NCBI GenBank assembly: GCA_051362555.1
Contig: CM120641.1
Span: 26,728,401-26,792,400 of the forward strand
Direction of reading: 5' to 3'
Length of the DNA: 64,000 nt
Source of the DNA: Lingula anatina
Taxonomy: Eukaryota; Animalia; Brachiopoda
The notes under the pieces were generated by a model. That model saw only the letters and a list, made by a program, of their open reading frames with translations. It had not been told where the DNA came from and did no database searches. The position numbers and the translations under genes are program-made. How positions within the stretch are numbered: position 1 is the stretch's first letter; the number at the start of each line of letters is the position of its first letter. Of this stretch, positions 31,240 through 45,725 are shown one piece after another.

Positions 31240-34200
31240 ATGGATTTCACAGAGACTTATGATGACACTTGTTCGTCTGTTGGTTTTGCGGCAAGAACAG
31301 GCGCCATAAAAACGCTGAAGGCTTTGTTAAAATCGGGTGCGTTGTCACAGAAGATTAGAGGGACAAATCAAACTATACCTAATGATATTTAATCATCAAA
31401 CAGTTCAACTGCTGCCTGTTTTTTTTTTCAGTACCACCACCAGTCTTGATCAGTCTTTGCTACAGCGTGAGCGACACCCGTTTAAAAAGAGAAACTGCAA
31501 CTTCTCATGTCTCTGTCTTATGATGGGCATACACTTTTTCCTCAAACTTGTTTGATATTTAAATGGAAACTTAGTTTCCTCCACTTTCTTCTATGCAGAA
31601 AATTGTCTTGTCCGAATAATAATTAAGTGCTTAACTGCACTACTGTTAAATTTTTGTCAAATGTACTTCCATCCATGGAATTCATTTATATGTTAAATGT
31701 ATACATCCTCCAGCAATAACGTCTCATAAACCTTGATTGTGGCAGCGTCAGGCATGTAACATTTTTGTGAATGCTGGTTTAAAATTTCTTAACCTTGAAT
31801 TTTTTATTATGTTCTGTTTATAATTTTTTGATACATAAAAGTGAAATTATTAAAATTGCTAGCTGGTGGCAGTGTATGCTTTGAGACAGAGAACTTGGTC
31901 TCTATGTAAGGTTCTCATTTTCAGGGCATTCTCTATGTTTGGTTTTCTTTCAGGGCGTTCAGTAGATGTGAAAGACAACCGTGGCTGGAGGCCAACACAT
32001 GAAGCAGCACATGCTGGGCACACACAGTGTCTTGAGTTGTTACTGAACAGCAGTGAGTATATGAAAAACTGATCACTATTTTTTTATTCCAATTTTTACA
32101 TAACATTTTACGTACATGGAGTCACAAAGAGGGCGTCAAAAATGTGCTTTTTAAAAAATTTTCAGTGTGCAATATTCTTTAATTTATTCAAAGGCCACTG
32201 CTGCTGTTCACTATTCTGTTATTTTTCTTTTATAAACTCCCTACACATGATAGCTGAGTTGAATATTATCTATTACAGAATTCACAGATGTAAACTGGAG
32301 GAATTTTGAGGGTTTAACAGCTTTGTTTTTTGCTGTTAAACAGCAACATGTGGATTGTGTCAGCGTTTTGCTGAGGCATGGAGCTGATCCTAATTTGTCC
32401 TCAGAACTTGAGGGCAACCCACTTGATATAGGTGACTCTTCATATAACATTTTCTTTGGCATATGGTGTGGTAGAAAAAAATAAAGTAAAAGCTTCTAAA
32501 TTGGCAATCACTTGACATTTAAGTTTTGTAAAAAGTTACAGGGTTGATTGGCAATCATGCACACATGAATAATAGCAGATAGTTGGGATGTTCACCACAG
32601 TATCAGTTTTTATGTACAGACACAGATGTGTCTGTACATATTGCCATCACCTGCGTCTGTCGTCGCCGTCGTCGCCGATGCCGATGCCGATGCCGATGGC
32701 GATGCCGTCGCCGTGCACTTTCACTGTAAACACGATAAGTGGAACACAGTTTTATTTTTTGGTTTTATATTTACAGAGCTGATGAATATTCATAAAACGC
32801 AGGTCAAGTTCGAAAATCAGCATGATCGGGCCATTATTGTAGAAGTTATGCTGTTTTTTCACTTTTCAGCATATATGCAACCCTGTAAACACATTTTAAG
32901 GAAAACCGTTAGGCCTGTTGTCATGAAACTCAGAGAAGTAATCAATCTTTTTAAAACGCAGGTCAAGTCCGAAAATGGGCATGATCGGGCCACTATTTTA
33001 GTAGTTATGCTGTTTTTTCCTTTTTTCAGCATATGTGCAACACTGTAAACACAATTTAAGAAAAACAGATGGGCCAATTGTCATTAAACTCACAGGAGTG
33101 GTCAATCTTACTAAAACGCAGGTTGAGTTCGAAAATCAGCATAATCGGGCCATTATTTTAGAAGTTATGCTGTTTTTTCACATTTCCTCAGATTCAATTC
33201 TTAGGCATGTTAACAGTCTTATTATTTTACTAATAAGATACATTAAAGTGTTTGTTTGACATTTCCTGCATCTTTACAACATTGTTAGTAGATTATGTAA
33301 AAATGATGGTAAACATGTTATCGTGTATTGTGTAATAAAGTGTCAAAAATGGAAATAAACTCATATCATTGCAGTTTGTCAGATTCAATCATTCACTATG
33401 TTCAGAATCTCAGAATGGAGGAAATTGGACATTTAACACTATTCTATTGATATTTTCCCATCTCATCAATTATCTTAGTTGATGCTATAAAAATGGCAGT
33501 AAACTGTTTATTTTGTTTTATGTTAAAAAAAGTGTTAAAAATGGAAATAAACCCATGTCAGAACAGTGCTGTCTTGTTTCACATTTCCTCAGATTCAATT
33601 CTTAGGCATGTTAACAGTCTTATTATTTAACTAATAAGACATGTAAAAGTGTTTGGTTGACATTTCCTGCATCTTTACAACATTATTAGTTGATTATGTA
33701 AAAATGATGGTAAACTTGTTATCTTGTATTGTGTAATAAAGTTTCAAAAATGGAAACAAACTCATATCATTGCAGTTTGTCAGATTTAATCATTCACTAT
33801 GTTCAGAATCTCAGAATGGAGGAAATTGGACATTTAACACTGTTGTATTGATATTTTTCCCATCTCATCAATTTTCTTAGTTGATCGTATAAAAATGGCA
33901 GTAACCTGTTAATTTTGTTTTATGTTTAAAAAATTGTTAAAAATGGAAAAAAAAAACATTTCAGAACAGTGCTGTCTTGTTTACATTTTGGCATTTTCAA
34001 GTTGTGACTTTGAAGTTCCATGGGCCTGAAGACCTTTGCTAGTCACATTTTCTGAATATCCATGATACTAATATTTTATTATTAGAAATTGATGGTCATT
34101 ATGCTGTTAAACATTATGTAATATTGCATCAAAATTTGAAAAAAATCTATTTTGGGCACTGCTCCCATGATGAGCATTTAAGAAAAACCATGTCACTTAC

Positions 34201-37200
34201 TGTTCTCAAACAGTACAGTAAATATGTACAGATGTGTCTGTACATATTGCCATCACCTGCGTCTGTCGTCGCCGTCGTCACTGTCGCTGGTGCCGTGCAC
34301 TTTCATTGTAAACACGATAAGTGGAAGGCAATTTTACTTTTTGACTGTATATTTACAGAGCTGATGAATATTCATAAAATGCAGATCAAGTTCGAAAATC
34401 AGCATGATCGGGCCACTATTTTAGTAGTTATGCTGTTTTTTCATTTTTCAGCATATATGCAACACTGTAAACACAATATAAGAAAAACAGGCCAATTGTC
34501 ATTAAACTCACAGGAGTGGTCATTCCTGCTAAAACGCAGGTTGAGTTAAAAAAAACAGCATAATCGGGCCATTATTTTAAAAAAATGCCATTTTTTCACA
34601 TTTCCTCAGATTCAATTCTTAGGCATGTTAACAGTTTCATTATTTAATTAATAAGATACGTAAAAGTGTTTGTTTGGCATTTCCTGCATCTTTACAACAT
34701 TATTAGTTGATTATGTAAAAATGATGGTAAACTTGTTATCATGTATTGTGTAATAAAGTTTCAAAAATGGAAATAAACTCATATCATTGCAGTTTGTCAG
34801 ATTCAATCATTCACTATGTTCAGAATCTCAGAATGGAAGAAATTGGACATTTAACACTGCTCTATTGATATTTTCCCCATCTCATCAATTTTCTTAGTTG
34901 ATTATATAAAAACGGCAGTAAACTGTTAATTTTGTGTTATGTTAAAAATTATAAAAAATAAAAAAAAAACATTTCAGAACAGTGCTGTCTTGTTTACATT
35001 TTGGCATTTTCAAGTTGTGACTTGAAGTTCCATGGGCCTGAAGACCTTTGCTAGTCACATTTTCTGAATATCCATAATACTAATATTTTATTATTAAAAT
35101 TGATGGTCATTATGCTGTTAAACATTATGTAATATTGCATCAAAATTTGAAAAAAAGTATTTTGGGCACTGCTGCCATGAGGACCATTATGGGAAAATCA
35201 TGTTACTTATGATTGCCTTACTTTCAATAAAAGAAATACAGGACTTAAATGCAGCCTGAGTTGGAAAAGCAGTCTAATTGGCTTCTTTTTCTGGAAGTTA
35301 TACATATACAAAGTGTGAACTTGTTACACATTTTACTTACATTGGTATTACCTGTTGAGCATAATTAAAATTTGATGTTGAATTTGCAGTTTAACATAAT
35401 GTACTTTTGCATCAGAATTGACAGTAGCCTATTTTGTGCATAGTTATTTCCTGTTTTTTGTCTGTACATTTGACAGCTTTGCTGCCTTGTTAATATTTAT
35501 CATTTTATGTGTATAGACATTGCATGAGAATGTGTTGCTTATATTTTCAGCCGCTGCTGCCAATGATGTAAAAATTGCCAAAATGTTAGTAGACCATGGG
35601 GCTGATGTGAATGCCCAAAACCACTACTTAAAGTACACTGCCCTACACTCAGCTGTCAACAGTAAATCTGCAGATGTTGTGGAGTTTCTTCTCGCCCAAG
35701 GTTCTCAGTTGTCATTATCTGATGAGAATCAAATGACGGCTATTGTACATGCTGCCCTTAAGGGATACATTAAATGCCTAACACTCCTACTTGAGGAAGC
35801 TAAAAAGCAGGGTAATGAAATAATTATGAGAGAATGCATGAATATTTTATTTTGTAAATTTTTAAAAAAAGTATTTACTAGTTATGAAGTTGATTCATCA
35901 TTTACTTCTTTAATGTATACCTTTATTGCCTGTATTTCATAGATACAGTTCCAGAGTTACAAGCTTAGCCTTAATCAATGGAACTATATGTAATTATAGT
36001 CTAACTGGTTGGTTCAAAATTATTTTGTTATCCATTGTAAGTAAAATCTGTTTTACATTATGAAACTGAAAAACTTACATGCCAGTCATAAGACCAGTAT
36101 TTTTTATTATAGATCTATACATTTTAAATTCACAGAGTTTGAATAAACAGTGGTAGTATTTTTAGTGTTAATGACATTCATTTAATGAATATGATTTTTT
36201 GACTTGATCTTAATTAAAGGATTGCCACATTTAGTGGATGTGGGCGCCTATGACCATGCTACGCCTCTGTTTCTGGCAGCACAAGAGGGGTATGTGGACT
36301 GTGTGGAGCTGCTGTTGAAACATGGTGCTGATCCCAATATACCCACAGTTACAGCAGATGGTGTCAAAGACGCCCTGCCAATACATGCCGCTGTAGAACA
36401 GGAGCATGAAAGGTACAAAGCACTGTATTGTGGTTGTACATTTTTTTGACCTCAGTGTTTGCCCTTTCCCCACCCACTACCAAAACCACGATCAGATTGC
36501 TGTTCGTTTTAGTAATATCTTCAATTAAGAATGATTTTTTTCTGCTTTATGAAGGGGTTAGATAAAGATCTATTTCAAAAGACACAGTGGTTATATTATT
36601 TAATTATCCCTTGCTTTTATGTTTATTTTTCTTCCTTAGCTTGTAAGTGTAACAACTGCTGGACTAAAATTTTGTTATACTTCAAACAAAATGACGGCAT
36701 TTTAATAGAATTGTTGAGTTTGAATGCAGGTCATGTCTAAAACTTGGTCTGATTTTGATTTTGCAAAAAAGTCTGATTTGGAGATTTTAAGCTAGCACTT
36801 TTTTTCTGTAACAATTTTTTAAAAAATTGATACATAATAAGAACATTGGACATTAACTTAGGACTTAAAAATATGAAAAAGACAACATTTAGTAGCTTAG
36901 TTTTTGTTATGCTTTTTGATTGATGGATTCTATTTGTCTCATGTACAAAACTGGCACTAACAATTAGTAATTGTTACAGACCATGAAGCATGAGTAAATG
37001 TTTCGTATGTATCTATAAGTATGTTATGCTTTACTAGCTATAATCCCAATTTATTCAAGGTGTCCAATTATTAGTAATTTGTTTTTTTATGTACAGACAC
37101 AGATTCGCCGTTCATGTCGCCATCGCTGACGCCGTGCACTTTTATCGTTAACACGATAAGTGGAAGACAGCTTTAATATTTGGCTTTATATTTACAGAGC

Positions 37201-40200
37201 TGATGAATATTCATAAAACGCAGGTCAAGTTCGAAAATCAGCATGATCAGGCCATTATTGTAGAATTTATGCTGTTTTTTCACTTTCCAGCATATATGCA
37301 ACACCGTTAACACATTTCAAGGAAAACCGATAGGCCTGTTGTCATGAAACTCACAGGAGTAATCAATCTTACTAAAATGCAGATCAAGTTCAAAAATTGG
37401 CATGATCAGGCCACTATTTTAGTAGTTATGCTGTTATTTACACTTTTCAGCACATATGCAACACTGTAAACACAATATAAGAAAAACAGATGGGCCAATT
37501 GTCATGAAAGTCACAGGAGTGGTCAATTTTACTAAAATGCAGGTTGAGTTCGAAAATCAGCATAATCGGGCCATTATTTTATAAGTTATGCTGTTTTTTC
37601 ACATTTCCTCAGATTCAATTCTTAGGCATGTTAACAGTCTCATTATTTAACTAATAAGATACGTAAAAGTGTTTGTTTGACATTTCCTGCATCTTTACAA
37701 CATTGTTAGTTGATTATGTAAAAATGATGGTAAACTTGTTATCATGTATTGTATAATAGAGTTTCAAAAATGGAAATAAACTTATATCATTGCAGTTTGT
37801 CAGATTAATTCATTCACTATGTTCAGAAACTCAGAATGGAGGAAACTGGACATTAAACACTGTTCTATTGATATTTTTCGCATCTCATCAATTTTCTTAG
37901 TTGATCATATAAAAATGCCAGTAAAGTGTTAATTTTGTTATATCTTAAAAAATTGTTAAAAACGGAAAAAACACATTTCAGGACAGTGCTGTCTTGTCTA
38001 CATTTTGGCATTTTCAAGGTGTGACTTTGAAGTTCCATGGGCCTGAAGACCTTTGCTAGTCACATTTTCTGAATATCCATGATACTAATATTTTATTATT
38101 AAAAATTGATGGTTATTATGTATTATGTAATATTGCATCAAAATTTGAAAAAAACCTATTTTGGGCACTGCTCCCATGATGACCATTTAAGAAAAACCAT
38201 GTCACTTCAGAATCTCAGAATGGAAGAAATTGGACATTTAACACTGCCAAATTGATATTTTTCCCATCTCATCAATTTTTTTGGTTGATCATATAAAAAT
38301 GGCAGTAAACTGTTAATTTTGTTTTATGTTAAAAGTTGTTAAAAATGAAAAAAAAAAAAACATTTCAGAACAGTGCTGTCTTGTTTACATTTTGGCATTT
38401 TCAAGTTGTGACTTTGAAGTTCCATGGGCCTGATGACCTTTGCTAGTCACATTTTCTGAATATCCATGATACTAATATTTTATTATTAAAAATTGATGGT
38501 TATTATGCATTATGTAATATTGCATCAAAATTTGAAAAAAACCTATTTTGGGCACTGCTCCCATGATGACCATTTAAGAAAAACCATGTCACTTCAGAAT
38601 CTCAGAATGGAAGAAATTGGACATTTAACACTGCCCAATTGATATTTTTCCCATCTCATCAATTTTTTTGGTTGATCATATAAAAATGGCAGTAAACTGT
38701 TAATTTTGTTTTATGTTAAAAGTTGTTAAAAATGGAAAAAAAAACATTTCAGAACAGTGCTGTCTTGTTTACATTTTGGCATTTTCAAGGTGTGACTTTG
38801 AAGTTCCATGGGCCTGAAGACCTTTGCTAGTCACATTTTCTGAATATCCATGATACTAATATTTTATTATTAAAAATGATGGTTATTATGTATTATGTAA
38901 TATTGCATCAAAATTTGAAAAAAACCTATTTTGGGCACTGCTCCCATGATGACCATTTAAGAAAAACCATGTTACTTACTGTTCTCAAACTTACAGGAAA
39001 GAAACATGGGACTAAAATATAGCTTCAGTAGGCAATGCAGTCTGCCAGTTTAACAGTTTTTTTGTGAAAATTAAATTTTTCACATATTGGCATTTTCAAG
39101 GTGTGACTTTGAAGTACCACAGGCTTGAAGACCCATGCTAGTCACATTTTCTGAAAATCCATGATACGTACATTTTGTTATTAAAAATTGATTGTCATTA
39201 TGCTGTTAACCATTATGTAATATTGCATCAGAATAGAAGAAAACACAATTTTGGGTGCTGCTGCCATGATGACCATTATGGGAAAACCATGTTACTTATG
39301 ATTGCCAAACTTTCAAAAAAGAAATACAGGATTAAAATGCAGCCTGAGTTGGAAAAGCAGTCTAATTGACTTCTTTTTCTGGAAGTTTTACATTTTCAAA
39401 GTGTGAACTTGAACTCCCATGGGCCTGAAGCCTTATGCTTGTTACACATTTTACTTACATTGGTATTACCTGTTGAGCATAATTAAAATTTGATGTTGAA
39501 TTTGCAGTTTAACATAATGTACTTTTGCATCAGAATTGACAGTAGCCTATTTTGTTATTTCCTGCTTTTTGTCTGTACATTTGACAGCTTTGCTGCCTTG
39601 TTTTTATTATTTTTTCAAATTAAGTCATTTATTTTGAAGCTTCAATTGTCAATATAATTTCAGAATAATTGATCTGCTGGGGCCAGTAACAAGCAAGGAA
39701 GCAGAGAGAGAATGTTCTGTGAGGCTGATGGGTCTAGCTCTTGAGTGCATGTCATATGGATTGTTGAAAAAGCTAGTAAACTTTGACTTTGATGTCAATG
39801 TGATGGTGGATTCTGCAGAATTTTCTGAATTTGAACATTTCGATGATTTTATATGTCCTGGTTTTGAGCATTTGTTCTGGAACAAACTCAGCACACTTGT
39901 ACTACTTTCTACAAAAACACACCACAGCATAGTTGCAGACATAGAGAAAATTGTGGAACTTTTGATTTCGCGGGGCGTGCCCATTGATGCCCAAGACTGT
40001 TTTGAGAGGAGTTCACTGGTACAACTCGTGACAACTTGTGCTGGGGACAACTTAAAAGTGATGGAGTGTTTAATGAAACATCGTGTCAATCCAAATATTA
40101 CACATCCATATATTCAGGGCAATCTCGCAGTGCGTGCGAGTCTGACTAATATGGCAGGCTTGAAATGCTTATTGAAATATGGAGCAGATATTCAGTTAAA

Positions 40201-40561
40201 CTGGACGGAATTCTCACAAAATCAGCATCCTTGCCAGCACTTTTGGGCATTTGTCTGTTTGCGTTTGAGATACTGTGATCGAGAAGCTAACTTCTGCTTA
40301 ATTAAAATTCTTTTAATGTTCATGGATATTTACCCTGTTGATGGAACTTTTCTGATGCTAAAAGACATTGTGGAGGAAAGTGATTGGAGTACCTTGGTGG
40401 CCATGACGGACACTCCAAAAACACTACAGCATCTTTCACGCATGCGGATAAGACGACAACTTGGTTATGGTCGCATCACAAGTGAACGGGTGGGGCAACT
40501 CTTACTCCCAGAACTCTTAAAAGACTATATTCTCCTTGGAGATGTCAAATGGGAGTTGTGA
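31240..40561 (+). CDS. ASB3: Ankyrin repeat and SOCS box protein 3-like, 6 exons, ~566 aa
   Basis: Exons 31240-31336, 31954-32052, 32279-32431, 35551-35811, 36220-36412, 39664-40561 (1701 nt, GT-AG). N-terminus [21 protein letters not shown]...[19 protein letters not shown] matches ASB3 ([21 protein letters not shown]...GRSVDVADNRGW). Also [13 protein letters not shown] and a C-terminal SOCS box [17 protein letters not shown]...[10 protein letters not shown]. Confidence 0.93.
32607..35491 (+). mobile_element. HINE/DINE-1-like Helentron derivative, copy 2 (ASB3 intron 3; composite, second 5' module at ~34224)
   Basis: Starts TTTTT-ATGTACAGACACAGATGTGTCTGTACATA (palindrome), then a (gtc/gccgat)n microsatellite, ~160-bp repeats (32810, 32970, 33130) and ~400-bp repeats. 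Ends GTCTGTACATTTGACAGCTTTGCTGCCTTG-TT. Confidence 0.8.
37082..39602 (+). mobile_element. HINE/DINE-1-like Helentron derivative, copy 3 (ASB3 intron 5)
   Basis: Same termini as copy 2. An internal ~370-390-bp unit is tandemly repeated about three times (37830-38980). Confidence 0.8.
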
Positions 40562-41137
40562 CCGAATTGTTCTGAAAATCGCATCTTTAAGAAGTTGCTG
40601 TTTTTTTTTCAAGAAGTACTTGGTGTACATGGATATTTTTTCAAACAATTAAAATCTGTTGGTGTTGTAAAAGATAAAAATAAAGATTTAGAAGAAAGGT
40701 ATTAGTAAGACATGTTTGTTTCACATTTCACTTCTCTTTAAACAAGATTAGTAAGATTTGTAGTAATTAGTAAGATATGCCTGTTTTGCGTTTCACTTCT
40801 CTTTAAGTACCGAAAACTAAAGTTAATGGAAAACATATTTGGCCAGGTCTTTGAAATAAACTATCTCACCCAAACACTGACAATTTTTATATCTGCATGC
40901 AGTTGAGCGAAAAAGATGAGTGAAAATCTATAAAGTAGAAATGAAAACACGAGTTGCTTGATGAGCAATTTCAAGAGTGTTCCAGCAAATTATGCCTTGT
41001 GCAGACTTTCCCTAAATTGGCATTGCGATATATTCTAATTTGTTTTAATTATTTAAAATTAAAAACGCAGTCGAGATTCGTTTCTCACGTCAAGATGTAC
41101 ATGGTAAAGACAATGGCGGGTAAAGTACACGTCGACA

Positions 41138-41335
41138 CAGACCCATCCCAACTATTTTATGCAGGCCCTGCATACCCAGCAATTTTCAAAAGGGGGGTTC
41201 TTTTTCCGAAAAAGTGTATTTTTTACAATGAAACTTTAGTGTACCTTGATCAAATTTTGCCCAGAATGGACCTTTTCCTGACAAAAAGAGCAGTTCTTTC
41301 TAACCCCCGAAGCCCCCCTCCCGGCTACGGGTCTG
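41138..41335. mobile_element. MITE family C (…GGCTACGGGTCTG end), copy 1
   Basis: Shares aatt..caaaaggggggttctttttc.gaaaaagtg...tacaatgaaactt..tgtacct and the ggctacgggtctg end with 50890-50992. Confidence 0.6.
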
Positions 41336-41970
41336 TAATGAAACAAAAACAAGTCGCGGTCTGTGACGATAAGAAATCGTTTTTTTTTTTTTTTTTTTTT
41401 GGCTGAAGAGACCTTAACTTTCTGTTATTTAACCTCCCCACTTCAAATGATACTGTTTGCTTAGATGTTGCACAGCCCAGTATCAGAATAAACTAGACTA
41501 GCAGGAAGTTAAACCAAGTGTCTACTTCCTGAAGCTGAAACAGTGTTGGTTAAAACCGTTCTGAACGTGACTGTAATCCACGTGTCCTTGAATTAAATTC
41601 TTCACTTGTCGATTGACGATCGTGATGAAGCACTTAAACCCCTTATTTGCACCAAGCGTGTAGTCATTGTTGCTAAATGGTGTTCTGCTTCAGGTATATA
41701 GGGGCATGGATCCACTGCACTTCAAGGCATAGAATTTGGCGACGAGACAGCCAAGCACAAGGGGGCGTGTGTTAAACACTATAAAGTACTGTAACAGGGG
41801 TATATAATTTTATGATCAATGACCCAACTAAAGGTACACGCAGAGAGGCTTGCGATTTGTTATAGTGTACTTCAAAAGTTTTATCATCTCGGTGAAAACT
41901 TTGGACTTTGTGGCATGCTTCTGTTTTTATGCGTTTTCACGTATGGCGTTTTCGTAACTAGCCTAGAAAG

Positions 41971-42853
41971 ATGGTATTGCGATCGAAGCTTGTTTTCTTC
42001 TGTATGATCTGGATTCTTACTGGTAAGTAAATTATCCGTTCAACATCGTTATACAAGCGATTTATCATACTGACATGATAAAAGGCAAGCGTAGAGATGA
42101 TTTTACAAGTTTCGAAGATGGCGTTGCTAACAAAGGCGTCTTGCGCGACAGCTTCTTTGAGCAGTAAAACATCTGTCGCTTTTTATATTAATGAAATTAG
42201 GTCCCAATTCAGCCATTTATTTAACAGTCCAATGACCACAATGCTGTAACATTTCCCATTATCGTTTCTAATTTTTTTTTTTTTTTCAGGCCACAGCGTT
42301 GAACAATCTTACAAAAGGTGGAAATCGGACACTAACTTCTTCAATGGAGACAACTGGGAAGGAAATGGCAATGTGAATTGTTCTGGGAACCGTATTCTGT
42401 TCCCTTCAGGGCTAGGCCCTATCGTGTATATGAACCAGGGAGCTACATTCACAGAGATGGTAAGGTCTGAGCTGGTTACGTATATCAGAAGGTGTAAGGT
42501 CAACTTTTGGACTAAAAGATTATGGCTGCCAGTCATATCTTTTGTTCATTTTATTACATGTAGAAAACTGGTCCTGACGTCATGATGTTATTATGCAAAC
42601 CGCCCAAGTCAATCTGTGTTGCTGTGAAATGTCAATAAAAAGGCTGGAGTATGAATACCATATAATCAAAATTTAATTTTTCATTTCACATAAATGATTA
42701 CATTTTTCAAACAGGTTCTTCCCACCGATGGGATATTAGTACTTGGTAATGACGTCACCATGGCGTTCACCAGCAATCCAGTGCCGGACCCGTCTTGTGC
42801 GCCCCAGGGTAGGTTGGAGTATTTTCAATTAAAGAAATAACGTTTCACGCATT

Positions 42854-42888
<35 letters not shown>

Positions 42889-45686
42889 AAGACTGTCTGG
42901 TTTAATGAATAGTTAATTAATTCATAAACGAGGCATCAGTGAAAGTATCAGGAAAATACCTGGAAGTGAAAGTGAAACTTTTTACGTGGATTTGAGCATT
43001 TCAGCAGTTATAAATGTTAAATCTCTCAGGGGGGGGGGGGGTTAAAAGACTGGCAGGTTTAATGAATAGTTAATTAATTCATAAACGAGGCATCAGTGAA
43101 AGTATCAGGAAAGGACCTGGAAGTGAAAGTGAAAGTATCAGGAGGTTGCGGAGAAGGAGATGGACATATCATATTTCTTTTTCGATACCAAGTTCTCATC
43201 ATTGCAATCATTTTAGATATGCATTTCACTCGAACCCAACCCAAAAGCTGGTTCGATCCCTCTAACTGGTGCCAAGCACTGCACGAAAACGACGACCAGT
43301 GTGGAAGATCTACAGACCTTTTGGATACGGAGAAAATCCCCTGCCAGTACAATGACGTCATTTTCCCACCAGACAAAACTTTTTACGTGGATTTGAGCAT
43401 TTCAGCAGTTATAAATGTTAAATCTCTCAGGATTGGGAGACAGGTGAATATTAAGTTTATGGTCTCCATATGATTAATCGTATAGGGTTATTAAAGTACA
43501 ACAAAGATTTAGCTTGACGTTATTATAATTGTTAGTTTTAAACTTTGGGTGGTTCTGTTCTTATTTGTACTCGTTATCGTTATTAACATCTTTTTAATGG
43601 GACGTGTTACATTCAACCTTTACTTGTCACGTATTTTACATTTTTAGGTTTATACAACAAATGATTTTCAACAGTTTCTTTCTACCCCTAATGGGCGAAG
43701 ACAGTTTGTTTCACGTTCCACTTCTCCGATAACAATCTCTCCAGAACGAGCGTGCAGTGACTTTACAGGTTGCAAATGTGGCAATGACCAAAGTCAGGTA
43801 ATCGTTTAAAGTTTGAAATATCTCATCAGGAGTTTCAAGATTATGCTTCTGTTTTACACACAAATAATTATTACTTCATTTCTAAACCAAATTACAGATT
43901 TATCCATGGATAGAAACTTACATCCATGTGGAGTTTCAAAATGAATGTAAATTGTCCTTTGTTAAAATGAAAATGTTTTAAACTTCATATTTTGTAGATC
44001 ATTGACAAGATATGTTCCTTTCAACGAGGCCATTGTCAAGTAACAAGGTGCCTTCGCCCATTTCAACCCACGGGCCACTGTTGTCACGTGTGCGGTAAGT
44101 CACGTGGCTCAGAATTACGAAGCCCAAGATTTACAGCCTTCACTACGAATATTAGTTAGCGATCATATTAGAGTGTCTACAGAAATCAACGCTTGAAAAC
44201 AGAAGACCGTTGTTTCAATTTTGATGCTCATTTTTTTATTGAACATCATGAATTCAATCCCATTTCCTTTTTTTTCAGGTGCTATGTTTCAGATGAATTT
44301 TAACCCCAACTTTCACTTTTCCTATGTGAGAAGTGTAATTCAAAACAAAGTCAATTCCGAGGTAAAATTTTTTTTCATTTCTTATTCTCCTTTTATCTCC
44401 ATCTATTCGAGTTACATAAGTATAATAAATTGTTTAAAAATTGTTACTACAAATTTATGACATTCATATAACAATCTTTATTGTCAAATGTTTTGAATTT
44501 AGCTAAAAGCCGAAAATTATTTCCAGCCAAATCTTTACGCTGGTGTTCAAGTCATGATGTCAAAGCGCTCTGATGACGTCATTCAGTTGGTTCTTGCCGA
44601 TAATAATGGTGGACGAAATGCTATCCCTATTGGTTACTGGTTTAGACAAAAGTTAGATGAAGGTGTCGACTTTTTAACTAATTGTTAAATTTAATTTATA
44701 TTTAATTTATTATTTTCTTTTTTCTGATTTCTTGATAGCATTATAAGAAAGGTAATAAGAAAGGTTTCACTTATTGTCATTCATCTTAAGAGTGTCGAGG
44801 TATTATTCCCCTATATTTTGCATACGGTCACGACGGGGATAGTCCTTTATTAAGTCTTATGGCACACTGTAACAAACATTAAAGGAAGATTTGGGTTAAA
44901 TCCCTTACTTAAAATGCATATTACTTGTGTAAAGTTTACCATGGCAGAAGTTAATTTCTCTAGGTTATCGATTTTTGTATTTTTTCAATTTAGTAATATG
45001 TGGATTGATAATTACTGGGAAATAGTTGAGCGTTTTGCGGTTCCGAAATCCACATTGTGTTTGACGAAAATTAAATTTTCTGATTCCAGATATACAAGGC
45101 GAAAAGCGATATGGTATTGACAGTTTTACAATGCAATCATCAGACCCGCTTACCACTACATCAACCACCACCACATCGACCAGCACTACTACCCCTAGCA
45201 CAACCACATCTACCACCACAACCACGCCAACCACTACAACCACAACATCAACCACTACTAGCACCACCACAACCATTACAACACCAACATCAACCACACC
45301 CACAACAACAACAACAACCCCCTCTACAACTCCCCGAAGTACAACATCCACACCCAAACCTACTCCACCAGTAAGCACAGAGAAAAGCAGTCCATCGACT
45401 TCTTCTACCAGGAGCATCACTCCCACGACCCCAGCTAGGACAAGTAGCACCACCACCAGTTCTAATTCTATCAGTACCACCACAAAGGCGACACCTCCGA
45501 GCACCACAGGTCCACGTCCAACTGGTGCCCCAGTTTCCACCACGGTCTCTCCGGGTACCGTTACACCACAGGGAGTTTCTGGTAAGCATGCACACCAACA
45601 GGTCTGGACTCACACAAAAAGACTAAATGTTGCTTGTATGATAAGAATATGCTTCGAAATTACCTTTAAAAATTTTAGCAGAAAAG

Positions 45687-45725
<39 letters not shown>

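Noticed and set aside
32588-34549. Similar 140-aa ORFs ([11 protein letters not shown]...) suggesting a small gene family
   Set aside because: They lie inside HINE repeat copies, the frames are not conserved among copies, and there are no splice signals or known motifs.
39649-40089. 146-aa minus-strand ORF, and similar antisense ORFs over PCNX4, ATPAF2 and the 57.7-kb gene
   Set aside because: Antisense shadows of genuine coding exons.
44965-45613. Val-rich 192-aa and Cys/Gly-rich minus-strand ORFs, and the Pro/Gln-rich plus-strand ORF
   Set aside because: These are antisense or alternate-frame shadows of the ACN-rich mucin exon of AMN1.
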